DNA from: Octopus sinensis
Taxonomy: Eukaryota
Direction: 5' to 3'
NCBI RefSeq assembly: GCF_006345805.1
Contig: NC_042999.1
Location: 81,840,001-81,904,000 of the forward strand
Length of the DNA: 64,000 bases
This document shows, in pieces, positions 39,274 through 52,150 of the stretch (the first letter of the stretch is position 1; each line of letters begins with the position of its first letter). Position numbers and translations under genes: made by a program. Below the pieces are notes generated by a model. That model worked only from the letters and a program-made list of their open reading frames with translations. It did not search any database and was not told where the DNA came from.

Positions 39274-42244
39274 TCAGAATTTGGGCACTATGGCCCACTC
39301 AAGTAGAGAGTTATTGTTTACAGAGACATATCCGGGTGTAGGGGGTTTATCCGGGATTTCTTGAAGGAATCTGTCCAAAGAATTCTTGAACCCTATAGGG
39401 TCAGTTTCTGTTTTAATGTGTTTTGGTGTAATGTTAAAGAGAGCGGGGCCAAGGCGGATGGCACGGGGCCCAAGCCTTGAATGTACCTTAAAGGTGATGC
39501 CAACATCATTTGGGCAATGCTGATGGAATATTTTCCACATCATGCAGATGATGTAGCGCTCACGACGACGTTGGAGAGAATAACATTTTAGCTTTTCTAG
39601 TCGACCCCAATAGACGAGGCCTGTCATGCCATCTATCTTTTTTGTGATTGCCCTTTGAGGTGCTTCAACTTTTATGATACCTTGTATTGTGTGGGAAGAC
39701 CACAGTGGACAACAGTATTCAAGGTGGTGTCGGGCAAAAGTGGAGAAGAGAAGGATAATGGTGTGGATATCTCTCGACTGGAAAGTTCTGAGAATCCAGG
39801 AGCACATTCTGCGGGCCATGTCAACTTTGGTGTTTATATGAGTGGCCCAGCTTATGTTATTGTCCACAATTACTCCCAAGTCTCTGATGTTGTTGGACGC
39901 CGCGAGAGTTTCACCTGAAGGAAGGGAGTATGGGAGTTTCAGGGCATCATCTTTTCCAAAGTGGATTAACTCAAATTTATCCTCGTTCAGCAGCATATTG
40001 TTTTTTTCTGCCCATTGGATAACAGCCAGTAGATCTGACTGAAGGCATGTCCGGTCACTCGCCTCATTTATGACCTTCTGTAGCTTGGAATCATCTGCAA
40101 AAATTTTTATGTTGCTGTGCTTGATGATGTCATTAATGTCATTATGTAAATGATGAAAAGAAGTGGGCCCAGCACAGTGCCTTGCGGAACGCCACTACTG
40201 ACTTTGGCTGGGCTTGATTTTACCCCTTCAACTACAACATGTTGAGATCTGTCTGTCAGGAAACACTTGATCCATTTCAGTAACTTTCCAGAGACACCAA
40301 TGTTGGATAGTTTTTTCAATAGGATCTTGTGATCGACCCTGTCGAAGTCCTTACTGAAATCAAGGTAGATGACATCGGTGTTGGAGCCCTCTCCCAAAGC
40401 TCTCAAAATGTCATCAAAGTGATGCAGGAGCTGCGTTAGGCAGTCCCTTCCATTACGGAACCCATGTTGGTTGGAGATCAGCCGTCTGTTGCTTTCCAGA
40501 AATTGGGTTATTCGAGATCTCACCACCCTCTCAAATACCTTGATGATATGAGAGGTGAGTGAGATCGGACGGTAGTTCACTGCAAGGGACTTGTTTCCCT
40601 TTTTGAAAACTGGGACAACAGACTGGGACAGAAGGTTTTTTGGAATATAGCCAGCATCCAATGAGTTTCTCCACAGATTAGCAAGGGGAGATGCAAGTTG
40701 GTGTCGACACACCTTCAGGACACAAGCAGGGAACCTATCGGGGCCTACTGCTGAATTGTGTTTCATTTCGTTTATCGCCGCTAAGACATCAGGGGCACTA
40801 AACGTTATGTCCGATATAGTGTGTTGGGGGTTGACATCACTGATACAGCCCAGATCGGCCATATCAGGATTGCTGAAAACAGAGCAGTATTGTTTCTGCA
40901 GTATCTCGGCCATGGATTTGGCATTATCTTGGAGAGTGCCAGTTTCGTCAATTAGAGGGCCAACAGTGGAGACAGTGACCCTGCGTTTCCTCGCAAATGA
41001 AAAGAACACTTTGGGGTTGAGTTTGATTTTTTCAATGGCCCACTTCTCCTCAGCTGATCTTTGGTTATTGATGAGGGTCTTCATGCATTGTTGGAGTTTA
41101 TTTTTTTGGATTCAAGCAGTGCGATAGCCGTCGAATGAGTGTGTTGCTGTTGGCAGTACTTTAGTTTGTTAATTTTTTTTTTTGTTCTTTTTATTTTTCT
41201 GATAATGGTTTTTCTGTTTTGGGGGATTCTGCACTTTTTGTTCACAGGTCTGGGGGGAGTGTTTTGCACATATGTCTGTGACGGTGTCTACAAAGATCTG
41301 CCAAGATGTTTTATGGTTGGTAGAGATGTGTGTATGTGTAAAGGACCAGTCAACATTTGATAGCTCGTTCCTGATTGCATCCCAGTTGGCTTTATGGAGA
41401 TCCATGTTGTCAAATGGGTGGGCTGGAGGGAGGTCACTAGGATTAGCTTTCGGCTGGTGGAATTTCATGTTACAGAGAACCATGTCATGGTCTGAAAGAA
41501 GGGTTTTTTCCACTGTAACGTTATGTATAGTGTTAGTGTGGTTACTAAACACTAGGTCCAAAATGTTCTGATGTCTTGTTGGGCAAGGACAAGTTGGGAC
41601 AAGAAAAACTCATTCGTAAAGTCGAAAAGTGACTCTGCTGCTTCTTTGTCAGCGGTTGAGGCGGGAGTGCTTGGTTTCAAACAGTTTGTAGTCCAGTCAA
41701 CACAGGGTAGATTGAAGTCTCCCATCATGAGTATGTTGCTAGAATGGCACTGTTGAATAAAGCACTTAATGCTGTTAAGGCATTCTTTAAAGCACAGTAT
41801 GGGTGTTTGGGGCGGCCTATAGAGCCCAATTACTGTCAGGTCATTGGCTTTGTTGTGCACGGTGACTGATTCACAGTAGCCGTTGGAGAATATACTATTT
41901 CCATCTGCCGTAAATAAATCATGCAGGAAAATGGCAGTTCCACCCTTCCTCCTGCCGATACGATCCGCGCGGATGGTTGTGAAATTCTTCACTCTCACTT
42001 CGGCTTCCAAGTGGGAGTTGTCAAGGTGGGTCTCAGTGAGAATGAAGAAAAGGATGTTGTGTGAATGGTTACCAACCCAGTCTTCAATGAATTGGACCTT
42101 CCATTTTTGTGCATTGATGGAAGGGCTGACACCTTGTGCATTGAGTAGGAATGTGGAGGTTAGTGTAGTGGCTGGTTTTGACTGTTGCAGGGGGCTTGGA
42201 TTTTTTGTGTGTGTTAGTGGCAGCAATGTGGGGAATTGGTGCAC
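39274..42244 (-). pseudogene. LINE ORF2 (APE endonuclease + reverse transcriptase), interrupted by four 1-bp frameshifts as assembled
   Basis: LNAQG, LTETHL, YRPP, MGDFNLP, DLVFSN, SDH (APE); NYRPISLTSHIIKVFE, QHGF, YLDFSKDFD, GVPQGTVLGPLLF, IFADDSKL, RDLGV, SLQRRRERY (RT and C-terminus). Confidence 0.93.
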
Positions 42245-43440
42245 TGGGGTAATAGCATAGGATGGTGTTGAGTGATGGCTAGAATGTTTTTGTGTATCTC
42301 TTTTGCCATGTTCAACATGGCTAAAAAAGAATTTTCCTGCTTAGGGAGCAGTTTTTGGCTGGAGGTGTGGTTGTACTGTTGGATAGGGTTGTAGTTTCCA
42401 CTTTTGTTGTTGTTGTTTTTGTGTCTTCCTGAAAAGACTGGACCAGCATTACTGCAGCATAGTGTGTTTCTATTTTTATTTTTATTCAGGTTTGTGTGTT
42501 GGCTTGAAGCCCCGTTTCTGTTTGTGCGTCGGGTCCCTGGAAGATGAGTGAAGGGACAGTCACTCAGCAGACATGTTCTCTCACGTTGGGAATACCGGCA
42601 GATTTTGGGACTCCGAGTTGTGTGTGCTTTGAATTTCGATTTACTATTTGGTGGTGTTGATGTTATTGTGGGATGCGTGCTTTGGCCTTGGCCGGTAGTG
42701 CGTCTAGTGCCGGGTAGATGCGTGAAGATGCAGTCACTATTTGTGCAGAGTCTCTGGCGCAGTGAATAGCGGCATATTTGGGGATTTCTTGTTTGTGCCA
42801 TGGGGGGCGCATTCTGCTTCCTATGTTTCTTTAAGTTTTTGTTACTGCAGTAGTATTGAGGTGGTGATGTGGGGGAAGAGGGCAGTGGTTTCTTATTTGG
42901 TTTTTTGTTGGTATTTTTGGTGATAGAAGACGATGGTGGCAGCGGTGGTGATGATGATGATGATAATTGTGGTGGTTGCCGTGAGAGCGGTGAAAAGATA
43001 CTGGCATTTAGTGAATCATCTAGTAAGCTAGAGTTGAGGAGTGGCTGTTGTTGTTCTTGTTGCTGTGGCTGTTGTTGTTGTTGTTGTGCTTGACCGATGT
43101 TAGGGTCAGCCACTGTGCTGGGAACCAGGAGTGGCTCATTCTGTTGTTGTTGTTGTTGTGGCTGCTGATTTTCTAGCTGTTGCTGTTCTTGAACTGTGAA
43201 AATATGAAGCTTTTCATAATGGCCTTTTGTCAGTTTGAAAGATACTTCGATATGTTTCAGTTTGCTATGAATCTGTTTGACGGATCGTGTGTTGACCACT
43301 TGTGATGTTTTTTCGGCAATCTCATTCAAACACAAAACATTTAGATTTTCTGTTTGGGAAAGAGAGAACCAAGTGTTTATTAAAACATCAATTTCGTTAT
43401 CAGACCAATTTCGTCTGTTGCAGGCCTGCAAGTTAGTCAT
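42214..43440 (-). CDS. LINE ORF1 protein, 408 aa: Myb/SANT-like N-terminus, poly-Q/Pro linker, two C-x8-C-x4-C-x3-H zinc fingers
   Basis: Uninterrupted ORF. WSDNEIDVLINTW...EIAEK...RSVKQIHSKLKH; CRYSLRQRLCTNSDCIFTH and CRYSQRERTCLLSDCPFTH, each followed by LPGTRR. Confidence 0.88.
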   Translation of the reverse strand: MTNLQACNRRNWSDNEIDVLINTWFSLSQTENLNVLCLNEIAEKTSQVVNTRSVKQIHSKLKHIEVSFKLTKGHYEKLHIFTVQEQQQLENQQPQQQQQQNEPLLVPSTVADPNIGQAQQQQQQPQQQEQQQPLLNSSLLDDSLNASIFSPLSRQPPQLSSSSSPPLPPSSSITKNTNKKPNKKPLPSSPTSPPQYYCSNKNLKKHRKQNAPPMAQTRNPQICRYSLRQRLCTNSDCIFTHLPGTRRTTGQGQSTHPTITSTPPNSKSKFKAHTTRSPKICRYSQRERTCLLSDCPFTHLPGTRRTNRNGASSQHTNLNKNKNRNTLCCSNAGPVFSGRHKNNNNKSGNYNPIQQYNHTSSQKLLPKQENSFLAMLNMAKEIHKNILAITQHHPMLLPQCTNSPHCCH

Positions 43441-43763
43441 GTTTGTTTTTCTTTTGTTTGTTTTCCTTTTGATTTTTGAAAATATATATATTCTTTCTTG
43501 GGAGTTAAAGAAGTGTATATATATATAAATGTTCTCTCTTAAGGGTGTGAATTTTTGATTATTTGGTTGTTTGAGGATATTAAAAGAAAAACAGGTGTAT
43601 ATAACAATTTGTAGTTAAATGAAAACGTACTTATGGGTTTGTAGGCAAACACGTGGTTACAAATATATATATATTTAAGGTCAGTTAAGTTTTGAAGCTG
43701 TGTAGCTTGCTACTAACTTGGGAGAGAAACAAATAGACGTCCGTCCAATTCAACAGTTCAGCA

Positions 43764-43812
<49 letters not shown>

Positions 43813-43903
43813 CATACATATAAGTGACTGTTATCCCCTTTTGTTATTTTTTATATAAAAATATACCGGCGTACATACACTTTGGTCTGTTTTACGGAAG
43901 TAA

Positions 43904-43953
<50 letters not shown>

Positions 43954-43993
43954 TATATATAGATATATATATATAATATATATATCTATATAT

Positions 43994-44103
43994 ATTATAT
44001 AGAAGGAGCTTCTACAGGACTAGAACTGTTTCATTCAAGAGAAATCTTCAGATTTCTCTTGAATGAAACAGTTCTAGTCCTGTAGAAGCTCCTTCTATAT
44101 AAT
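43994..44103. repeat. Perfect palindrome, 54-bp arms around a 2-nt centre, containing a truncated hammerhead core on the minus strand
   Basis: 43994-44047 is the exact reverse complement of 44050-44103. Minus strand reads CTGAAGA-T-TTC-TCTT-GAA-T-GAAA-CAG-TTCTAGTC-CTG-TA-GAAGCT. Confidence 0.95.
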
Positions 44104-44903
44104 CAATTAATTTTACTCTGCTATGTATTGAGTACCTTATTTACTGTGGTTAACCCCCAATCAACCCGGGACCTACATATATATATATTATATATATATA
44201 TATAAATTTTGTACGACTCTATTATTCTTTCTGTTCTTTCACACTTCGTTCATTCCACTCTGCGTTCTTTGTTACCCCTCTCTCACATTTTCTGGACTTC
44301 TCTTCATGCTCACTTCCCCTCCTCTTTCACTTCACTTTCTCCCTATCAATGTTATCTCGTCCCTCCTTAATTCTTCTATACTCTGCCTCTACCTCTCTCT
44401 CTTCTCTCCCCGCGTGACCGGTGTTCGGCTATGCCTGATCTTTTTTTCTTGGTTCGACTACCATCTGTGTAACAGTTATATTCCTCCCTGTACCTGTCAA
44501 ATCTTGTCCCAGCCGTAAGGCTTTGCTTTCATCCACACCAGCTTAATTTAGTTCCTTCTTGGTCGAAAGATACAGGTTGTTAATATCCTGTTATTTGTAT
44601 TTTTGTGCCATTTCTCGGTTTTTGTTTTTCTGTCCTTGTTTTCGCATACATTCGCTGCTTTCTTCCAAGGAATCTAGTGCTCTTAGTGTAATTTTTCCTT
44701 GGGGTAGCCAAATTGGAGCAATCTCGAGTATACACAGCTGAAATTGTAAAGATAATCTAGAACTCGACTAAGGGAAGAAAAGTCCAAATGACCCCGTCCT
44801 TATTGTCTTTGTATCGTCTTTGTGGATGTTTTGCTTTCTATCCCATTTTTGTATTTTTTATATATACAAATATAGCGGCGTACGTACACTCTGGTCTTTC
44901 TCT

Positions 44904-44948
<45 letters not shown>

Positions 44949-44962
44949 TATATATATATATA

Positions 44963-45010
<48 letters not shown>

Positions 45011-45939
45011 ATGTATGTATGTATGTATACGTAATACATACATACACACATATATGCACACACACACACTAAATGTGAAATATAAAATTCATATATCCTA
45101 AGCATGACGAATTTTCTATATCATGTACAGATATATATTCGTGTGTTTATATAATCATGTGTTTGGTAAGATTCACTGTTAATCACACTCGTAGATTTAC
45201 AAATAAAAGATATAATAATGTACTTTTATATAACTTAGCCCGAACACTTAATCCAACTAACTTCCAACAACCTCTCTTTATACCATAGTGTTTCATTCCT
45301 ACCTTTATTATGTGACATTTATTATAGATTTACTTACATTCTGTTTAACTTCATTTAAATTTATTATCATCTCCAATCCAACTGCAGTGATATATTAACA
45401 TACTGTAGTATGCTGCACTTCTTATTCCATAAATGTACATTGCTTCATGCATTAGGTGATTCAAATTTACAAAGTATTTACATCGTTATATTTGAATAGC
45501 ATGCAACAAATACATATTTGCATCTCTTTTCAAACTTACTACTAAGATTTACTTTGTATCATGCTAACAATATATTACTTATGACCATATCAAAATTTCT
45601 TAGTATTCTTAAAGCGTTTAGAAATAGTTCCAGTTTTTCAAAATAGAGTGAATTATGTTATATGTTCCATATAGAAAAAATACTCAATAGACATTCATTA
45701 TATGATCCACATATTCTAAAATGTCAGATTAGTTATTCATACATAGAGACGAGCACATCTACGAGTTCCAGCATGAGACTTCTATTATTTTTTTTTTATT
45801 TTCTATAGATTAATTCATCTCCCAAGAAATCCGCTTAATGTAACTGGGTTCATTGTTAGTGTTTACGTTTATCTCTATGTACGTGCATATATACGTGTAC
45901 ACTTATCTGTCTACAAATCTGTGTGTGTGTATGTGTGTG

Positions 45940-45976
<37 letters not shown>

Positions 45977-46214
45977 GATACTTGTTCTAAGTCCTTTGTA
46001 TTCCTGACCTAGCGACCGTGGTTTCAATTCCCTTACTGAGCAATGCGTTGGGAACTTAAGTAATGCACTTATCCTTTTCTAGATCTAGTCTCCTCGGCTA
46101 TAAAAGTATAATACTATGACAAACTAACTTTACGTTCAGGGAAAATATTGGCCTGTTTACGAAGCCAAGAAGGTGGAATCATTCAGAATAATTTAAGATG
46201 TATATATATCTTTT

Positions 46215-46602
46215 GCACTCCGTCGGTTACGACGATGAGGGTTCCGGTTGATCCGAATCAACGGAACAGCCTGCTCGTGAAATTAACCTGTAAGTGGCTA
46301 AGCACTCCACAGACACGTGTACCCTTAACGTAGTTCTCGGGGATATTCAGCGTGACACAGAGAGTGACAAGGCCGGCCCTTTGAAATAGAGGTACATCAG
46401 AAACAGGAAGTAAGAGTGAGAGAAAGTTGTTGTGAAAGAGTACAGCAGGGATCACCACCATCCCCTGCCGGAGCCTCGTGGAGCTTTAGGTGTTTTCGCT
46501 CAATAAACACTCACAACGTTTATTGAGCGGTCTGGGAATCGAGACCGCGATCCTATGACCGCGAGTCCGTTGCCCTAACCACTGGGCCATTGCGCCTCCA
46601 CT
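46215..46602 (-). mobile_element. tRNA-derived SINE, family 2
   Basis: Reverse complement of 49282-49652 (head AGTGGAGGCGCAATGGCCCAGTGGTTAGGGCA). Confidence 0.9.
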
Positions 46603-46617
46603 GTATGTATATATATA

Positions 46618-46734
<117 letters not shown>

Positions 46735-47037
46735 ATATGTGTATATATATACGTGTACACACACACACACACACACTTATATATATGTATGAATTTAAAT
46801 CAGAATATACAGATTCAAGTAATCTGGTAGCATTAAATAAAAATATCTCCTTAATGTATTATTCTAAACGTATAGTATACTTAGTACGATACAAGAGAAA
46901 ATGTCGAGGAGTGTCTAGAGGATCGTGTAAAGTTACGAAACAATTTGCTTTTGATATTTGAATTTTTTTATAGTTTCTAGAAATAAATTTTCATCATATT
47001 TTCCTATCATTTATAACTTTACATATGTGTGTGTGTG

Positions 47038-47039
<2 letters not shown>

Positions 47040-47109
<70 letters not shown>

Positions 47110-47209
47110 TATACATATATATATACATATATATATATATACATACATATATATACATATATACATACAATATATATATATATGCATACATATATATACA
47201 TATACATAC

Positions 47210-47259
<50 letters not shown>

Positions 47260-47663
47260 ATATATATACATGCATATATATACATGCATATATATACATG
47301 CATATATATACATATATATACTTATATATACAATATGAAACCAGCTGTTCATGCAGGGATAAACATTTATGCCTGCTAAATGGAGCTTCCATGTTGAAGA
47401 CCATCATTTATGAAGCCACCGTGGACCCTATATCCACTAAGGACACGGTTTCGACTCGGAATCTTGGGGTTAATAGCCCCCACAATTAACCACTACGCCA
47501 TATGCCATATAACTACAATAATCTTGACAGATTGATTATCTAAATTCCACTATTATTTCTCTTTCGATAATTTTCTTTCCTCTGTTTGTACTTTATCGAG
47601 TAAAAAGAATAAATACACTTAATAATAATAATAATTGATAGCTTTGTATACATATACATATAC

Positions 47664-47718
<55 letters not shown>

Positions 47719-47827
47719 ATATACATATATATATACATATATATATACATATATATATACATACATATATATACATATATACATACAATATATATATATG
47801 CATACATATATATACATATATACATAC

Positions 47828-47872
<45 letters not shown>

Positions 47873-48264
47873 ATATATATATACATGCATATATATACAT
47901 GCATATATATACATGCATATATATACATATATATACTTATATATACAATATGAAACCAGCTGTTCATGCAGGGATAAACATTTATGCCTGCTAAATGGAG
48001 CTTCCATGTTGAAGACCATCATTTATGAAGCCACCGTGGACCCTATATCCACTAAGGACACGGTTTCGACTCGGAATCTTGGGGTTAATAGCCCCCACAA
48101 TTAACCACTACGCCATATGCCATATAACTACAATAATCTGACAGATTGATTATCTAAATTCCACTATTATTTCTCTTTCGATAATTTTCTTTCCTCTGTT
48201 TGTACTTTATCGAGTAAAAAGAATAAATACACTTAATAATAATAATAATTGATAGCTTTGTATA
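47040..48264 (+). repeat. Tandem duplication, period ~615 bp (microsatellite plus 320-bp unique core containing a minus-strand tRNA-like SINE head)
   Basis: Cores 47331-47650 and 47946-48264 appear identical except for a 1-nt indel; SINE heads at 47441-47506 and 48056-48121 (A box TGGCGTAGTGG). Confidence 0.95.
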
Positions 48265-48271
48265 CATATAC

Positions 48272-48302
<31 letters not shown>

Positions 48303-48650
48303 ATATATAATATATATATATTATATATATATATAAATGTATAGATGTGTATTCATGTATATTTATGTATATATATGTATATGTAAAAGTGTGCATGTGT
48401 ATGTATTTTATTTATGAACTTTCTAAACTCTCTGACGCAGCCCAGATGCACACCCAAGTACCTTAATCTTATCTATCAAATAATTCAGTTCACTATAGGG
48501 TGGAAGTAAAGTGGGACACGTTTTACATGTATGTATATTGTTATAATTGTTTTTTTTTAATAAATAAATAGACATAATATAATGTCTAAAAGTTGATTGA
48601 TACCACCTCTTGATCCCCTCTATTTTCTTATTGCCATATATATATATATA

Positions 48651-48688
<38 letters not shown>

Positions 48689-48751
48689 CAAAAATATATA
48701 TACACACACATGTGTGTGTGTGTGCGTGTGTGTGTGTGTGTGTGTATATAT

Positions 48752-49075
48752 GACTGGCATTTTCGACATTGAGGGTTACAGTTTATCCGATCAACAGAAT
48801 CAACTGCTAGCGAAATTAACGTGCAAGTGCTTGAGCATTCCACAATTATGCGTATACTTAACACGGATTCTCAGGGCAATTCAGCGTGACACAGAATGTG
48901 ACACGGCTGACCCTTTGAAATACAGGTACAACGCTCTCTTGCCAGCTGAGTGGACTGAAGTATACCGTGAAGTAAAGTGTCTTGCTAAAGAACAAAACGC
49001 ATCGCCGGGAATCGAACTCACGAAATTATGATCATAAGGGGAATACTCTACTCTCTAAGCTACATATATTTATGT
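48752..49075 (-). mobile_element. Diverged SINE sharing the family-2 3' half but with a different, CORE-like 5' half
   Basis: GAAATTAACGTGCAAGTG..TTCAGCGTGACACAGA..CCCTTTGAAATACAGGTACA shared with 46215-46400; then GCCAGCTGAGTGGACTG..AGTGTCTTGCT..GGGAATCGAACTC. Confidence 0.75.
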
Positions 49076-49281
49076 ACTTGTATGCACTTACACGCATCCG
49101 CTACTCTGCCCATTTGAATTTACTTATTGTAATTCTATATCACAATTGTTCTGATTACAAAGCACACTTTCTTAAAGTGTGGAATATTTGAGTATAAAAG
49201 TAGTAATCTCACTAATCTGTATTAATATAATACGTCTTTTTCATAATATTTGTGAGTGTATTAATACGTACTTGATTATAT

Positions 49282-49652
49282 AGTGGAGGCGCAATGGCCC
49301 AGTGGTTAGGGCAGCGGACTCGCAGTCACAGGATCGCGGTTTCGATTCCCAGACCGGGCGTTGTGTGTGTGTATTGAGCGAAAACACCTAAAAGCTCCAC
49401 GAGGCTCCGGCAGGGGATGGTGGTGATCTCTGCTGTACTCTTTCACCACAACAACTTTCTCACTCTTACTTCCTGTTTCTGTTGTACCTGTATTTCAAGG
49501 GACCGGCCTTGTCACTCTCTGTGTCACGCTGAATATCTCCGAGAACTACGCTTAGGGTGCACGTGCCTGTGGAGTGCGCAGCCACTTACACGTTAATTTC
49601 ACGAGCAGGTTGTGATCAACCGGAACCCTCGTCGTCGTAACCGACGCAGTGC
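49282..49652 (+). mobile_element. tRNA-derived SINE, family 2
   Basis: A box TGGCCCAGTGG, B box GTTTCGATTCC, followed by a ~300-bp non-tRNA body. Confidence 0.9.
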
Positions 49653-50196
49653 TTCCACACACTTGATGATATAAGTATGTGTATGTGTGCACGTGAATAT
49701 GTATATGCTGTGTGTGTGTGTGCATAGTTACATATATAGACCAATATATTTGTGTATCGCATGTAAATATGACTGTGCGGCTGCACATATGATAAAAAGG
49801 CGCACACCAATATCACAGATTTCGTTTTCTTACTTATCTCACGCCTTTACTTACCATATTAAAATCTATGTTAAATATATCGTGTATTGTAATTTCTACA
49901 ATAGTCAGTTAACGCATATCTAATATCAACATCAATTCTATAGATTTTCATAGAGATATTTACATCCAATGGTTGTAATATTGAGAGTAATTTCTTCGTC
50001 GTTAATCATTATGTACAGTTATTCAAACTCATACAGTATTAAATCGGTATTCTTAACTAAATTATGAATCATAAGTTATGAAAGCTAATGTTGAGAATGT
50101 ACTTTTTCCATTATTTTCCTTTTATCACTGTTACAATCACAATAACTACGCGTGCGTCTCATATATATACACAAATACATTTATATATACATATCA

Positions 50197-50256
<60 letters not shown>

Positions 50257-50444
50257 ATATACATATATATATGCATATATATATATACATATGTATATAC
50301 ATATATATATATATATATACATACATATATATATACATACACACATACATATATATTTATATAAATATATACAGATACATATACATAGATATTCATACAC
50401 ATATACCTACGTTTGTATAAATAGTCACGTGTACATATATACAT

Positions 50445-50476
<32 letters not shown>

Positions 50477-50909
50477 TCATGTATGTACAGCTAACTGCTA
50501 TATTCAAACGCATGAAGCAGAAGGAATAACTACTCGAGCAATGTCCTTTATTAATGAGAATTTAAAAAGCTAAAAACACTCAATAGAAAAAGGCGATAGA
50601 AACGATTTTATTAATTCAATGCCGTTGTATTTCTTTTTTTTTTCGTCTTAGATCTCTTAATTATATTTTCTCTATAATATGCTCGTTTTAATTATACACA
50701 AATATTCAGCAAAATATCAATATACAATAGTCTGTAAATAATACAAGATATAAGTTTCATCATAATAATCTGAATTATTCTTTCTTATTTTGGCCCGAAA
50801 GCCAGAAATTTTGAAGGAGAGCAGCAAGTTGATTACATCGACCCTAATACTTGACATGTACCTTCGGCCGCGAAGGGTGGAAGGTAATTGACCCCGAAGC
50901 TTTATCAAT

Positions 50910-52150
50910 CGAGGTGACATATACTTTCTTGATCTTTACGAAGCCTTCCAAGATAGCTCCCACTCAGCACGTTCAAAGGTGAGATAGGTGTTTTTATTCA
51001 TAACGTTGTCCCTATTCCTATACTCATGAAGGTCCGAATCGAACAATATCTTAAGCAACACAGCAGGACCAACATGAGCTGTCATACTGGCGACTGGCCC
51101 TGGTTAATTTCCCTAGATTGAACACCTCTTATTATTTTAAGTGGTGTCGACCACTTAAATTTCCGTGGTGTCTGTTATCATCGTTGATATCATCAACATA
51201 TACCGACACAGTACTTCTGTATCTCATACCGATGCGCCTCGACAGCTTCAATTTTCGCAGCAGTGTCTCTCGAATCAGGACGGACACCCTTGATGGAAGT
51301 ATCGCATGAGCTGGAGCGTTTTCGTTAGGTAGCTTTTCACTTTGACCACAGAACAGATACCGCTGTACATTGAATAGATGCAGTGTCTGAAGACGAGACT
51401 GAATCCCGCTATCATGTCGACAGCCGATAAATAGCTTTTACTGGAATCTATGTTGAGCTGTGTCCCATGAACATCATGTATGCTAGCAGCAATCGCTAAA
51501 CTGTATTGCATTGAGATGAATGTTACCAACGATAGGCCGGCTCGACATTACTCACTCCTTCACATTCTCGACTATGCTTCTGACAAATGTCAAAAACAAT
51601 TGATCAGAACTCCTTTGTTTCGGTCTTCATGTCACAAAGCAACTACTCCTTGGTCAACAGAACTGAGAACATACCATTCTGCTGCCATTTGAAACACTAC
51701 TCTGCCGTGACATCGGTAAATATGTCTGGTGTATTTTCTCGTTGCATGACTTGCAAATCAAGAAATCTGCACCTCGTACAACCTAAGGTAACATTCTATC
51801 CTCACATGTTGATATCGGATTTTCGCAGTGCTCTCCATCTTCAACGGGAATCAAGACAGAACGTCTATATTGGCTGTAGTATGAGTTACTGTAACGTCCA
51901 GCCATCATCCAGAAGAGTAGAGCACTTCTTAGCGAACATTTGTTTGGGATCGAGTAACATGGGCCTATCCGCATCCAACAAGACTGAATTTTTGATTTTC
52001 TTGTGTCTCTGCCATACGGATTTCAAGAACGGATTTCCTTCACTTGTTTTGTGGAGCACGTGTCTTAGCTCTCTCTACACAACCATTAAATTTTGCGCAG
52101 AAAAATATTCTCAGGGCCTGTTCCAACCTTTAGTACAAGCATATTAGTCA
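50910..52150 (-). mobile_element. Highly decayed L1/Tx1-clade LINE ORF2 fragment
   Basis: AGFSLVFRHCIYSMYSGICSVVKVKSYLTKTLQLMRYFHQGCP (GVRQGCP-like), downstream VSVYVDDI (YADD-like), upstream LLDPKQMF. Confidence 0.65.

Larger units (their letters stand above)
39191..43765 (-). mobile_element. Full-length CR1-group (CR1/L2 superfamily) LINE, ~4.6 kb, flanked by (TA)n on both sides
   Basis: ~325-bp 5' UTR, ORF1, ORF2 (APE + RT), short 3' UTR ending in a doubled 8-mer (ATCAAAGT)2 typical of CR1-type tails. Confidence 0.93.

Noticed and set aside
49282-49360. tRNA-like sequence (also at 46520-46602, 47441-47506, 48056-48121)
   Set aside because: A and B boxes continue into a long repeated body and I could not fold a clean cloverleaf; these are SINE heads, not tRNA genes.
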